Below, piece by piece: positions 1-13,033 of a stretch of DNA of 64,000 nucleotides (positions are counted from its first letter, which is position 1; each line of letters starts with the position of its first letter). This DNA comes from Octopus vulgaris. Lineage: Eukaryota. Below the pieces are notes generated by a model, which was not told the DNA's origin, did not search any database, and saw only the letters and a list, made by a program, of their open reading frames with translations. The translations under genes and the position numbers were made by a program. The stretch is taken from positions 19,530,001 through 19,594,000 of the forward strand of contig OX597824.1 in the NCBI GenBank assembly GCA_951406725.2, in the 5' to 3' direction.

Positions 1-237
1 TTGTTGGTTTTGTTGTCCTTGCTGCTATTGTTGTACTTACTGCTGCTGTTGACACACGCTGTTGCTGCTGCTGCTGTTGCTGCTGTCATTGCTGCTGCGG
101 CTGCCGCTGCTGCTGTTGTCACTTGTTATCATTGTTGATATCGCTGTTGTTATTGTTAATCTCGCTGCTGCTACCGCCACCACTGTTTTTGCTACTGCTG
201 CTCTTGATTTTTTTTTGTTGTTGTTGTTCTTTTTGTT

Positions 238-272
<35 letters not shown>

Positions 273-435
273 CGTTACTCTTATCACGATGGTGTTCTTG
301 TAATCGTTGTTGGTGTAGATGTCGCTACTTGCTGTTTACGTTTTTATTACGAGACCCGTCCACCCCAAATCCTGCGCTTCGCCCCTCTCCTCGCCCCGCA
401 CACACACACACAGTTCGATGATGGTCAACGCATAA

Positions 436-820
436 CTGCTCTCAATCCACAGACTGCGGCCATGCTGGGGCAACACCTTGAAGAATTTTCAGTCGAATGG
501 ATTGACGCCCAGTACTTCCTTCCTTCTTTGAGGATTGATACTTCGTTCTCCATTGCCGAACCGCTAAGTTATGAGAACGTAAACACGCCAACACCGGTTG
601 TCAAGCGGTGGTGGGGGACACAAACGTACGCACACACACACACACACACACACACAGGCGCAGGTTTGGTTGTGTGGTTACAAGCTTGTTTCCCAACCAC
701 ATAGTTCCGGGTTCAGTTCCACTGCATGGCACCTTGGGCAAGTATATTTTGCTGTAGCCTCGGGTCAAACAAAGTTTCGTAACTGGATTTGCTAGATGGA
801 AACTGGAAGAAACCCGTCGT
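436..820. mobile_element. Two head-to-head fragments of SINE family B (3' half on minus strand, 5' half on plus strand)
   Basis: Matches the family-B motifs repeated across the window (gccgaaccgctaagtt; gggttcagttcc...ggcaccttgggcaagt). Confidence 0.75.
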
Positions 821-1078
821 ATATATATATATATAGTTAAAATTTACAGAAAAACAAAAGGCGAAGTCAGGTGTATGAACAATAAGCAGGTGTATTAGAT
901 TGCTTCTTCTTCTTCCCTACCAAGAATTCACAACGACCTCGAACCCACAAGAGTAAACAAGAGAGGCAGAGACAGGCAGAAACAAGGAAAATGCCACTTG
1001 TATTTGAACACTATACAAATATTCTTTTAAAAAACTTTTCTTTTAATTTTTCCAAAATTTAATTGTTTTCCATACTTA

Positions 1079-1114
1079 CAGATGAAAAAGTCTCAATGAC
1101 TGAAACCGGTACTG
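1079..1114 (+). ncRNA. Degenerate minimal hammerhead ribozyme
   Basis: cag-ATGAAAA-agtc tcaat gact-GAAA-ccgg-TA-ctg: stems I and II and palindromic stem III are intact, but the CUGANGA box is mutated. Confidence 0.45.
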
Positions 1115-1201
1115 AAATGTTTTTTTATAAAATTATTTTAGCATTTTCTATCTTTACTTTTTCCCCACATATATCAACTCGTGTGTTCCTTTTCAACTTT
1201 C

Positions 1202-1268
<67 letters not shown>

Positions 1269-1339
1269 CAATTTTTTGCGTAATGAGATAAAAAAAAAAA
1301 CCAAGGCTGTTTAGATATTAGAACATTTATAGATAGAAT

Positions 1340-1391
1340 GTCTTACAGCTGTTTCCAGGATATTTATTAAATATATCTCTTCATCGGAGAC
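1340..1391 (-). ncRNA. Hammerhead ribozyme motif (U4C core) in a Penelope-like relic
   Basis: Minus strand reads gtct-CCGATGA-a-gagatat..atatc-ctg-GAAA-cagctg-TA-agac; stem I gtct/agac; palindromic ACAGCUGU stem III. Confidence 0.6.
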
Positions 1392-1558
1392 GGTGTGAGA
1401 GGCTGGTTAAGTCATAGTTAGTTTAGATAGGATACAAAATAGAAAGTGAGGTGGAGGAAAGAAAATAGATGTAGGATATGTAGGGATATTGAAGTTGTAG
1501 ATCCATTTTTTTAGGTAGAATGGGAAATATGTAAGATTCCAATACCTTATGAGTAAAG

Positions 1559-1699
1559 TCCAACAGAATTTAAAACGGTTCCTTCCAAATATAGAGTTTA
1601 TGCACAATGTAAGATTCCACATATATATATATATATATGGAATCTTACATTATGTATAAACTCTATATTTGGAAGGACCCATTTTAAATTCTGTTGGAT
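1559..1699. repeat. Imperfect inverted repeat with ~60-bp arms around an (AT)n core
   Basis: tccaacagaatttaaaa..gtaagattcc (AT)n ggaatcttac..ttttaaattctgttgga. Confidence 0.8.
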
Positions 1700-1708
1700 T
1701 TCCAGATG

Positions 1709-1748
<40 letters not shown>

Positions 1749-2130
1749 CTATTATCAGTATCACAGCCGACCCACCAACTATCCACGAACGCTCTGCTTT
1801 AAATACCCGCTAAGTTTAGCAGTGTAACACTATTGTATAGACTAATTTACATATTAAACACATTCCTAGCAACTGGTGTGTGAATGTTTATTCCTGGCAA
1901 GGACATGTGTGTTTGGTTGTGCAACTGTAATATACCGCCAAGAATAATTAAAGATTCACAAATCAATACTGTCTTTTACTTTTGTGTGAAATGTGTGATG
2001 TTCTCATTTTAAAGTTTATCTCAAAAGATATTCGACCGAGGTCAGAAATCAGGAAACGTGCAGAGATAAACTTCTATACATACATACATACATACATACA
2101 TACATACATACATACATACATACATACATA

Positions 2131-2336
2131 CAGGGGGTGGTATTGAAAAGTTCATGGCTCCAGGTAAAAGAAAATAGAGGAGGATTAGTTAATTATGATT
2201 TTATGCAACAGATTCACACACTTATTACAGCGGTCCTTCAGTTTTTCCAAGCCCCGTGAAAGAACTCGATAGGTTGGGTCTTCAACCAGGCCTTTTGCGA
2301 TACCCTTAAAGCTATGAACTTTTCAGCATCGCCTCG
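2131..2336. mobile_element. Mariner-type MITE
   Basis: Imperfect TIRs c.ggggtggtattgaaaagttcatggct / agctatgaacttttcagcatcgcctcg, flanked by TA. Confidence 0.7.
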
Positions 2337-2410
2337 TATGTATGTATGTATGTATGGAAAAGGATGCGTGGTGTTCGATCATATAATAATATAAATAATA
2401 TATAAATAAA

Positions 2411-2451
<41 letters not shown>

Positions 2452-2479
2452 ACATATACATGTATATATACATACATAT

Positions 2480-2790
2480 ATGGGTGCAGGACATCAAAAA
2501 AACGTTGAACACAATGAGAAACGAAAACATAAAAACAAAAACATAGAAATGAACTTTTTTTTCGAACAACGAAAAAAAAACAGAAACGAGACATGCAACA
2601 TAAAGAATATTCCCCTTCATCAGTTGTCGCTGTTTCATCTACTCCGCGTTATGAAGGCAAGGGCAAGACGCGACTACATTGAAACAATCCTTCCCGCAAA
2701 GCAAATTAAATAAAATTTGGGATTTTTTTGCGGAGGGTGAAAGTGGTAACAAGAACAGGACAGTGAAAACAAGACAGTGAACACAAACGG
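2480..2790 (-). mobile_element. Dispersed repeat (family P3), second copy at 47965-48350
   Basis: Shared ccccttcatcagYtgtc and tccttccYgc...aattaaataaaatt blocks between the two loci. Confidence 0.6.
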
Positions 2791-3092
2791 CGAGGGCTGT
2801 ATTGTATGTTTATTGTGTTATGCTAAGAAGCGGTGCGTGGTACCAGAATTTTCGACTCGAGTCAAATATAACAAACTAATGCAAATCGTTGTTAGTCTAT
2901 CCATGTAAGTGGAGTCTGAACCGACAGGTTTGTACAACTGGAATCGAGTCGTGTAAGTTGTATTAATGAAGGCAAACTAAAAAGTGATATTTTGAAATAA
3001 TTTAATACGCGCATTTCAGATTATATAATAGGAAACACATCCATTGCGTAAGATCTTCCTCATACAACTTATACACCCACCCACACTCACAC

Positions 3093-3128
<36 letters not shown>

Positions 3129-3213
3129 TTCACGAAAATAAAACAAAAGACGAAGAGAGGTGGTGTACAAAACAAACAGATGTATTAGTATAACGCTCAG
3201 GAATAGAAAAAGT

Positions 3214-3249
3214 CTTTTACGTTTCGAGCCTACGCTCTTCTACAGAAAG
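3214..3249 (-). ncRNA. Minimal HHR-like motif, family P2 (core CUGUAGA)
   Basis: Minus strand reads cttt-CTGTAGA-a-gagc gtag gctc-GAAA-cg-TA-aaag, inside a ~180-bp dispersed element at about 3128-3305. Confidence 0.55.
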
Positions 3250-3417
3250 GGACACAGTAAAATCAAGGAGAGAAACAAGGGGAGAGAAAAAAATGTGTGT
3301 AGTGGCTTTCGTTCTGAGTTCGACTTTGCCTTTCATCCTTTCGGGAAACCCCTCTCTCGAATTTGCTGACCTTGTGCCAAAATTCGAAACCTAGATAGAT
3401 CGATCGATCGATCGATC

Positions 3418-3526
<109 letters not shown>

Positions 3527-4516
3527 GCATACATACTTTTATTTTTATATTTACCGGTTTCAGCCTGGGACTGTGGCCTTGGTGGACACCACCTTTATTC
3601 TTATTAGTTTTTATTTCTCACTCACTTCCCGGCCCTTTCGCTAGAACTGCTTCTGGTGAAATAGAGAATCGAACAGAGTTGCTCCTCTTTGTGTATGCTA
3701 CCGTGGTGTGGCTTCATTTAGTACTTTAAAAAAAGAAATTTGTTCAAATGCTCTTTGAAAGCATCCATATTCACACATTGCAGAAAACAGCAAGCTGGCA
3801 GAATCGTTAGCGCGACTATTTTTTCGTTCTGAGTTCAAATTCCGCCGAGGTCGACTTTGCCTTTCATCCTTTCGGGACACCCCTCTCTCGAATTTGCTGG
3901 CCTTGTGCCAAAATTTGAAATTAATATTTACTCCTCGCAGATCTCTGAGGTTGTATGGCAGAGTGTTGAATGAAAAATTGTGGAACTTTGAGAATCTAAG
4001 CTGTTACAGCGTTGGGTCCTTACTCTAATCCAGTGAGGCTCCACAGGGTTTTACATGCTTCCTGAGGGTTCATGTAAGATTTTTGGAGTTCCATGCGACA
4101 AAACAGTACATTAGACAGCCACAACAGTATTTTAAGGGTCCTTGAAAAATGTTTGTTTTAGATGTGTGTATTAGTAAGTATTGCAAGAAATAGCTAGGTT
4201 TCTTTCTCGAACATTTTACACAGTTCAAACAACACAACTTAATGTGTGAAAAAAAAACAAGGAATTTTGAAAGAAGTTTCTATAAAAATAGTTTTTAAAC
4301 ATCAAACCGATATATGAGTCCATCAGAATAGAACTGTAATCAAAGGAGGGAGTCCATAGATAAAAAAAAATGGTTGAGAACCATTCCTCTACATAGAGCG
4401 GGATCTATTGTAGATACATATATATAACTTATTTGTATGTGCATGTACACACACACACATACACACACACACACACACACACTCACACACACACAAACAC
4501 ACACACACATGTATGC

Positions 4517-4552
<36 letters not shown>

Positions 4553-4556
4553 ATGC

Positions 4557-4648
<92 letters not shown>

Positions 4649-4739
4649 AGTTGAAATTTACAGAAAAACAAAAGACGCAGACGGGTGTATAAACAACAAG
4701 TAGGTGTATTAGTTTGACGCTCGAGAAGGTGAGAAAGAG

Positions 4740-4774
4740 TTTTGCGTTTCGAGCCTACGCTCTTCAACAGAAAA
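4740..4774 (-). ncRNA. Minimal HHR-like motif, family P2 (core CUGUUGA, U16.1 mutated)
   Basis: Minus strand reads tttt-CTGTTGA-a-gagc gtag gctc-GAAA-cgca-aaa. Confidence 0.45.
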
Positions 4775-4888
4775 GAACACGTGGAAATAAACAGAGATAG
4801 AATAATATATATATATGTGCGCGCGTATGTATGCATGATGTATGTATGTTCCTCTGTCTTCCCTTCCTTGGATCTTTCCTTTTTCTAT

Positions 4889-4923
4889 GTTTCTGACGAA
4901 GAGCTCCGCTCGAAACGTTAAAT
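4889..4923 (+). ncRNA. Minimal hammerhead ribozyme, family P1 (canonical CUGACGA)
   Basis: gttt-CTGACGA-a-gagc tcc gctc-GAAA-cg-TT-aaa, inside a dispersed element at about 4850-5015. Confidence 0.65.
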
Positions 4924-5024
4924 CCGTCGTCTTTCTTTCCTTTCCTGAGCGTCCAAAAATACTATACTTGTTCCATATCCTTGCGTTGTTGTGTTTTCAT
5001 GTTTGGATTAACTATGTATATAAG

Positions 5025-5055
<31 letters not shown>

Positions 5056-5103
5056 CTTTATGTATGTATGTAGTATGTATGTATGTAGTATGTATGTATG
5101 CTT

Positions 5104-5600
5104 GTTGGCACCCCACCATCGCTTGACAACCGATGTCGGTGTCTTTACGTCACCGTAACTTAGCGGTTCGGCAAAAGGGAACGACAGAATAAGTACTAGG
5201 CTTACAGAGAATAAAGTCCTGGGGACGATTTAGCTCGACTAAAGGCGGTGCTCCAGCATGACCGCGGTCGAAGTGACTGAAACAAATAAAAGAACCCACA
5301 CAGATACATCGTGCATGTGTGTGTGTGTGTGTGAATGTGTGTGTGTGTGTCTATATATATATGTATGTAGTATGTATGTATGCATGTTGGCACCCCACCA
5401 TCGCTTGACAACCGATGTCGGTGTCTTTACGTCGCCGTAACTTAGCGGTTCGGCAAAAGGGAACGACAGAATAAGTACTAGGCTTACAAAGAATAAAGTC
5501 CTGGGGACGATTTAGCTCGACTAAAGGCGGTGCTCCAGCCTGACCGCGGTCGAAGTGACTGAAACAAATAAAAGAACGACACACAGATACATCGTGCATG
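5104..5600 (+). repeat. Tandem duplication (period ~282 bp) of the SINE B 3' half
   Basis: Near-identical blocks starting gttggcacccc at 5104 and 5386. Confidence 0.85.
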
Positions 5601-5627
5601 TGTGTGTGTGTGTGTGCATGTGTGATG

Positions 5628-5687
<60 letters not shown>

Positions 5688-5928
5688 ACTAAGTATATAG
5701 CCAAAACAGGACTGGTAATGGAACGACTTATATTTTACCAACACCGCAATGCCAAAAAAAAAAAAAGAAAAGAAAATATGAATAACAACGACATTAGTTC
5801 CATTTTGGCCATAGAACCTAGAACTTAATACCTTCTCTTCAAGAACTCCTAATTCGTCCATCGTTCTACATTTTTCTCTCCTTTCACTGTTTCTTCACAA
5901 AGACTTTAAAAAACCATATTTAAGATAT

Positions 5929-5970
<42 letters not shown>

Positions 5971-6229
5971 AAGAGAGAGAGAGAGCCTTTGCCGTAGTGT
6001 AGTGTCTCCAGCTGAGATGAGAAAAAATATGAAACATTTTCTTCATTTTTTTTTATATGTATATATATATATATATTTTTTTTTTCTGTTCTGTCTAAAA
6101 ATGTGTCTAAAGTGTTTTAGGATTTAAGGTTCACTTGAAGACAAACTTCAGACTTTTGCGTCGGTTCCTTTCAATTCTTGACCTAATTCTCAGGCAACCA
6201 TGGATACACACACATACTCAAAGACATTA

Positions 6230-6299
<70 letters not shown>

Positions 6300-6321
6300 T
6301 AAGTGTGTGTGTATATATATG

Positions 6322-6365
<44 letters not shown>

Positions 6366-6396
6366 TACACACACATACATACATACTCAAAGATGT

Positions 6397-6463
<67 letters not shown>

Positions 6464-6575
6464 TTTGCGTTAATCCAATCTGCCAGACCTTCGAATGCTT
6501 AAGGAAACGCATAAACACCTATAAAGGAATAGGATTTCTTCGTGGTCTCTTCTTTTCTGCAATTTATTTCTACAT

Positions 6576-6576
<1 letters not shown>

Positions 6577-6608
<32 letters not shown>

Positions 6609-6699
6609 GTCATCATCATCATCGTCATCATCATCATCATCATCATCATCATCGTCATCATCATCATCGTCATCATCATCATCGTCATCATCATCATCG

Positions 6700-6752
<53 letters not shown>

Positions 6753-6893
6753 GTCATCATCATCATCGTCATCATCATCATCGTCATCATCATCATCGTC
6801 ATCATCGTCATCATCATCATCGTCATCATCATCATCGTCATCATCATCATCGTCATCATCATCATCGTCATCATCATCATCATCATCATCATC
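6577..6893. repeat. (CAT)n/(CGT) trinucleotide array
   Basis: Direct reading; source of the poly-S/H/D/M ORFs. Confidence 0.95.
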
Positions 6894-6902
6894 AATATTA
6901 TT

Positions 6903-7195
6903 AAGGCGGTGAGCTGGCGGAATCGTTAGCACGGTGGACGAAACGTTTTGCGGTATTTCGTTTGTCGTTACACTCCTGAGTTCAAATTCCGCTGATGTCG
7001 GCATTTTATTTTTCTCATCCTTTTGGGATCGATAAATTAAGTACCAATGAAACTACTTTGGTCGATGTATTCGACTAGGCCCCCTCCCCCAAAATTTCAG
7101 GCCTTGTTCCTTTAGTAAAAAAGGATTATTATTATTATTAAGGCGGCGAGCTGGCAGAATCGTTAGTACGGTGGACGAAACGCCTAGCGGCATAG
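6903..7195 (+). mobile_element. SINE family A (alternative tail) plus a second head fragment
   Basis: tRNA-like head with A-box tggcggaatcg and B-box gagttcaaattcc. Confidence 0.75.
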
Positions 7196-7218
7196 TAGAA
7201 TGGATTATTATTTGTTTA

Positions 7219-7515
7219 TTGTGAAGATAGTCCCACTGGATTCCTTTGGCTGAGAAGGAGAGGTTGTTCTTCTTTGCCTGAGAGCCTTAACGAAAGAGGT
7301 TGTGTCGTGGGCCAGACTGGAAGGACTGAAGACAGACACGTTTCTCTTTGTTCACACCCTTATCAACTTTTTCAAATTTCGCTTGAAAAAGAAAGTGAGG
7401 GTGAGGATGGAGGTTCTGCCCCTCCACTCTACCCCAGAAATTTTTGTTGAAAGGTTGGTGAATGTCGCAACCATGGCCCGAGTGAACGGGCACACTCTAA
7501 TCATACGCCTGAAGA
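7219..7515 (+). pseudogene. C-terminal fragment of an L1/Tx1-like LINE ORF2
   Basis: Translation LLCLRALTKEVVSWARLEGLK...LINFFKFRLKKKVR...FVERLV resembles the AK..IW..R C-terminal segment of Tx1/L1 ORF2 (inference). Confidence 0.5.
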
Positions 7516-7627
7516 CAAAACCCGCTCAAAAAGCTTTGGTTGGCCCAGAGCTATAGTGGAAGACACTTGCCCAAGGTGCCGTGTAGTGGGACTGAACCCA
7601 AAACCACATGGTTGTGAATCAGGCTTC

Positions 7628-7860
7628 TTATTTCTTTATTGCCCACAAGGGGCTAAACACAGAGGGGACAAACAAGGACAGACATAGGTATTAAGTCGAT
7701 TACATCGACCCCAGTGCGTAACTGGTACTTAATTTATCGATCCCGAAAGGATGAAAGGCAAAGTCGACCTCGGCGGAATTTGAACTCAGAACGTAACGGC
7801 AGACGAATTACCGCTAAGCATTTCGCCCTGCGTGCTAACGTTTCTGCCAGCTCGCCGCCT
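7628..7860 (-). mobile_element. SINE family A monomer
   Basis: Full head-body-tail, near-identical to other copies. Confidence 0.85.
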
Positions 7861-8177
7861 TCTTGCCACACCGCCACCCCTACTCCTATCTTGACAATCG
7901 ATTCAGAAGACCGTTTGAGTGATCGAATTCCACGTCAGGGTGATAGAATTAACCCCGTTACCTGGTTTGGTGTTGGTGACCAAAACAAGTAAAGCATAAA
8001 AGTAAATCTAGATTAATTCTTCTGTCCTATTTACACAGAACGAATTATTATTTGAATTCTTTATCTCTTTATTCCAGATCTTGGCTGAGAAACTTTCCGA
8101 CGCCATCTTGAAACGAAATCCAATCAGCAGTAGAAAAGACCATCCATTAGATAATAACTGGTTAGAGAACCTTTTCA

Positions 8178-8580
8178 TAGGCGTGGCGGTGTGGTAAGAA
8201 GTTTGCTTCCCAAACTCAACCACATGGTTCGCAGTTCAATCCTACCGCGTGGCAGCTTGATCATGTGTCTTCTACTATAGCCTCGAGCCAAACAAACCCT
8301 GCCTTGTGGATCGATTGGGTAGACGGAAACCGAAAGAAGCCCGTCGTATGTGTGTGTGTGTGTGTGTCTGTCTCTGTCTGTCTGTGCATGTCCACTACCT
8401 CCGCTTAACAACCGGTGCTGGCGTATTTAAGTCCCCATAACTTAGCGGTTCGACCGAAGAACTTGATAGACTAAGTACCAGGCTTTAGAAAAATAAGTAC
8501 TGGGATCGATTCATTCGATTAGAATTCTTGAAGGCGGTGCTCCAGCCTGGCCGCAGTCTAATGTTTGAAACAAGTAAAAA
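8178..8580 (+). mobile_element. SINE family B, full length with internal microsatellite
   Basis: tRNA head, CORE-like block, (TG)n, then conserved 3' half ending gaaacaagtaaaa. Confidence 0.8.
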
Positions 8581-8715
8581 AATTATTGATAATATGTGAA
8601 GCGTTTACCTGTTTGCGTATTTGGCAACGTGCATAACCCCCACAATTTGAAAGGCCCTGATTATTCCGAGACGAAGGAATTAAGATTGAGTGCTAGTCAG
8701 TGGGTGGATCCAGCA

Positions 8716-9190
8716 GTCGGGGCCTCACATCAGAGACGGGTCTGGGTCTGGTGCGTTGTAAAGCCCCGAAACGGTGCGCATTCTCTCCTGGTTGATCCCT
8801 GAAACCTACTGGAATCCAGTTGGGGGCCCTTACACAAGAAAGTTATTTGCAAGGTTCTAAATTTTCGCTCAGGGGTCGGGGCCTCACATTAGTGAAGAGA
8901 GTGGGTCTGGTGCGTTGTAAAGCCCCGAAATGGTGCGCATTCTCCCTTGATTGATCCCTGAAACCTACTGGAATCCAGTTGGGGGCCCTTACACAAGAAA
9001 GTTATTTGCAAGGTTCTAAATTTTCGCTCAGGGGTCGGGGCCTCACATCAATGAAGGGAGTGGGTCTGGTGCGTTGTAAAGCCCCGAAACGGTGCGCATT
9101 CTCTCCTGGTTGATCCCTGAAACCTACTGGAATCCAGTTGGCGGCCCTTACACAAGAAAGTTATTTGCAAGGTTCTAAGTTTTCGCTCAG
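8716..9190. repeat. Tandem repeat, 3 x ~159 bp
   Basis: gtcggggcctcacat starts at 8716, 8875 and 9034. Confidence 0.9.
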
Positions 9191-9255
9191 TATTTAGTAT
9201 TGGACTATGGAGGGAGTCAACCACAAAACTGCTTTCCTAATGGATGTCATATATA

Positions 9256-9604
9256 CTAGTCGTCACCCGTCGCTATGCTGCCGGGTAAGGACTTAGTCAA
9301 AATGAAATATATCCTTCAGCAGAAACCTACAAAAATAATCACATTGGTATGCTCAACAACACACCCACGAGCACGGGCGCTCTTTCTCTCTCTTTCTGTA
9401 TCTCCCTCCGTCTCTCCCCCCTCTCTCTCTCTCTCTCACTGTATTTCTCTCTCAACAAAAAAATTTTTTTCTCTCCTTCTTTGAGATACATGATGCGACA
9501 GGGGTTATTTCCCCATTTTCATTCCTCCCCTTTTTTTCCCTCCCTCTGACAGGTGTCCTGACAGACAGACAGACGGAGATTAGCTTCTCTTTTATAATAC
9601 AAGA
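9256..9604 (-). mobile_element. Non-autonomous Helitron-like element
   Basis: Minus strand ends in a GC hairpin (cccggcagcatagcgacggg) followed by CTAG|T; (GACA)n near the opposite end, as in Lep1-type Helitrons. Confidence 0.55.
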
Positions 9605-9922
9605 CATGGCACCATCCTACCAATATGCAGTGTATCTTGTCTGATGCTGTATCTATTGAGTTTTATAATTATATGTCCATAGCAATTATTGCTGATGAGC
9701 CATTGATGGTTTAATTGATTGATTGATTGATTAATCAATTAGTGTATTTAATCGTTAAAGGCAAAACTTCGAAGTACGAGAATGACTAATCATTTTTGAC
9801 TAATCATCTCTCAACATGCTAAAATAAGTAGTCTTTTCGCAGATTGGGACTTGACTCCTATTTCTAGTGTGTTGGGAAACCACTTAGTGGCTTTTCCGTT
9901 CATGTATAATTTTTATACACAC

Positions 9923-9979
<57 letters not shown>

Positions 9980-10016
9980 GAATGGAGCTGAACGACGAAT
10001 TAACAAAATTCCTTTA

Positions 10017-10099
10017 TTTTCGACATATGTTTCGAAGGCTGCATATTCCTAATTGCGAGGGAATAAGGAGTACATTATGCCGCTTTCTCATCAGGAAAA
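10017..10099 (-). ncRNA. Type I hammerhead ribozyme, fully canonical core, GUC cleavage site
   Basis: Minus strand reads ttttc-CTGATGA-gaaagcggcata..tatgcagccttc-GAAA-catatg-TC-gaaaa; 5-bp stem I, ~12-bp stem II, palindromic ACAUAUGU stem III. Confidence 0.8.
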
Positions 10100-10154
10100 G
10101 CAATGGTATCGGTTAATTCGAATTATCCTTAATAAGATAATTCATTCAACTACT

Positions 10155-10209
<55 letters not shown>

Positions 10210-10242
10210 GGACACACACACACACATATATATATACGCACG

Positions 10243-10304
<62 letters not shown>

Positions 10305-10309
<5 letters not shown>

Positions 10310-10537
10310 CTTTACTACCCACAAGGGGCTAAACACAGAGGGGACAAACAAGGACAGACAAACGGATTAAGTCGATTACATCAACCCCAGTGCGTAACTG
10401 GTACTTAATTTATCGACCCCGAAAGGATGAAAGGCAAAGTCGACCTCGGCGGAATTTGAACCCAGAACGTAACGGCAGACGAAATACGGCTACGCATTTC
10501 GCCCGGCGTGCTAACGTTTCTGCCAGCTCGCCGCCTT
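10305..10537 (-). mobile_element. SINE family A monomer
   Basis: Family identity. Confidence 0.85.
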
Positions 10538-10590
<53 letters not shown>

Positions 10591-10635
10591 ACATACAATG
10601 CACATATAGGTGCACTTGTATATACATGTGCATTG

Positions 10636-10784
<149 letters not shown>

Positions 10785-11231
10785 GAAGTGACAACGTCAT
10801 TTTTATGTATGAGCAAAATTAGCCAATTGACCTTTGGTGTAGCGACGGATTTCAGATAATATCTTCATATTATATTTTATTATCTAAAAGTTTAATTCAT
10901 ATAGACTTATTGTTTATTTTGCTCTTTATGATTGTAACATATTTTCCCTGTCGAGCCAATGCAGAGTCTCGATGTGGTCGTTCGCCAGATTAGAAACAAC
11001 AGCCATATTTTTTTTTCGAACTATGCGCAACTGTTCTAAAACAAAGTAGACTTCGGGTAGAAAGGTGATTGATGAGATTGATGTGAATGATGACGATATG
11101 ACTTTTGCCAAGTCTGAATGACTAATTGATTGATTGATTGATTGATTGATTGACCCAATGATTAATCAAGCAATCGATTAGTTGATTGGATAAATGTAAA
11201 ATAATTGACTAATAATTAAAAAAATGATAAA

Positions 11232-11273
<42 letters not shown>

Positions 11274-11277
<4 letters not shown>

Positions 11278-11755
11278 CATGCCTCCTCATTGATATGACT
11301 GTCCCAATCGGTATAAACGTATCTGTCAAAGCCTACCAAAAACTGAGCAATTATTAAGATCTTGAAATAGAAATTAGCAAAATGTGGAACCTAAAGACTA
11401 AAACAATACCTGTTGTCATAGGTGCCCTGGGAATAATAGCAAAAGGGGTTGATTGCTACCTAGCTCAGATATCAGGAAACCCCCAAATGGTAGAAATTCA
11501 AGAGATAGTGCATGAGAACTGTCCATATCCTACGCAAAATACTTTCTACGTAATCTCAAGTTTTAAAACAAACAATTTTTTTATGGTTTCTTAAACATTC
11601 TCTAGAACAACACTATGTACAAAACCAAATATATGGCACCCTAGGCATAACACCAACAGGAACTTCTAACTTGTTGTCTCTTGAGGTCTCTGGGGGAGAC
11701 TTGGAGCCAACTTGTACAAATGTAAAGCAAAAGTCAAACATAAAATGATAATAAT
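11274..11755 (+). pseudogene. 3' fragment of an RLE-type non-LTR retrotransposon (R4/Dong-like) inserted in (TAA)n
   Basis: KTCLLIDMTVP..KLS.Y.DLEIEISKMWNLKTKTIPVVIGALG, the restriction-like endonuclease C-terminus; TAA repeats on both sides. Confidence 0.75.
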
Positions 11756-11799
11756 AAAAATATTATCCTCGCAACATACTTCCATTCATCCATCCATAT

Positions 11800-12320
11800 T
11801 TTCTGCCTTTCTATTCTTGAGGGAGTCGTGGAACTGGAGTCCTCGGGAACTTCTTCCACCAAGCACTCTTAGAAGCAATTAGACGTTCCGGCAGGATTCA
11901 AAAGCGTGACCAATCGAATCTATGGATATCATCCAACCATTTCGTTCTTTGTCTATTCCTAAGTCTTCACCCGATTGGCTCGGCTAGAAGAATCCATCCT
12001 GCGATTCTTTCCTGTAACTTTCTAATTCCACATCCATCGCCGCAGAGCTGTGACCTTGACCTATCAATTCGGGGATGTAGGGGCTCTTCGTGACTCAGTG
12101 ATCTCCAAACTACGGCCGCTTATAATTGCATCATTCACAGAGCCCGCGATCATCAGCTTTGCATGACAATTTGTTATTGTCTCCGGACATAGCGTTGCAT
12201 GCTTACCTTTCCATGCACGCCGCCATCTCTGAACCAAAACAATGGAATTCCACACTTCAGAGCGTGCTGCTATCTTCGCTCGCTCCTGAACATTCCAGCG
12301 ACCGGCCATCGGGAAAATAA
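11800..12320 (-). pseudogene. Internally deleted Tc1/mariner-superfamily transposase relic
   Basis: ORF 12064-12309 has an N-terminal HTH-like segment ending ..AGSVND...SGR. Confidence 0.55.
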
Positions 12321-12529
12321 GAAATGAGACAATAAGAAAATCCCCATTATGTATGTAGATGTCTTTGTGTTTGTGTTTGGCTCAGCCCCCATCACCAATA
12401 GACGACCGGTGTTGGTTTATTTACGTCTTCGTCATTTAACGGTTTGGTAACAGAACTCCATCAGAATAAGTACCGACCAGATTTTAAAACAGAAAAATAA
12501 GTACTAGAGTTGGTTAAAATAAATAAATA

Positions 12530-13016
12530 CGCCCTTTTAAAGCCTAGCCAGGCTCATGGGCCCGGTTTCCCGGTTTCAATGGCGTATGTGTTTCCCAGTC
12601 CATCGCAGCGTTACTCATTTTTGCCAGCTGAGTGGACTGGAGCAACGTGAAATGAAGTGTTTTGCTCAAGAACACAACTCGTCGCCCAGTCCTGGAATCG
12701 AAACCACAATCTTACGATCATGGTGCTGACACCCTAACCACTAAGCCACGCGCCTCCACGTTATAAATGCACCCTTTTAAAGCCAAGCCAGGCTCATGGG
12801 CCTAGTTTCCAGGTTTCTATGGCGTATGTGTTCCCTAGCTGGACGGGACGCTAGTCCATCGCAGCGTTACTCATTTTTGCCTGCTGAGAAGACTGGAGCA
12901 ACGTGAAATGAAGTATTTTGCTCAAGAACACAACGCGTCGCCCGGTCCAGGAATCGAAACCACAATCTTACGATCATGATGCTAACACCCTAACCACTAA
13001 GCAACGCGCCTCCACA
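12530..13016 (-). mobile_element. Tandem pair of SINEs (family-D head/CORE with the family-C-type tail)
   Basis: Head ggaggcgcgtggcttagtggttaggg, CORE-like tgtgttcttgagcaaaacactt, tail gcccatgagcctggctaggctttaaaaggg; two copies. Confidence 0.8.
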
Positions 13017-13033
13017 CTGGAATTGGTTAATTC

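Noticed and set aside
6463-6575. Possible GIY-YIG C-terminal fragment (KRRDHEEILFL) on the minus strand
   Set aside because: Too short and degenerate to support
7714-7992. Recurrent [24 protein letters not shown] peptide at many loci
   Set aside because: Antisense translation of SINE A
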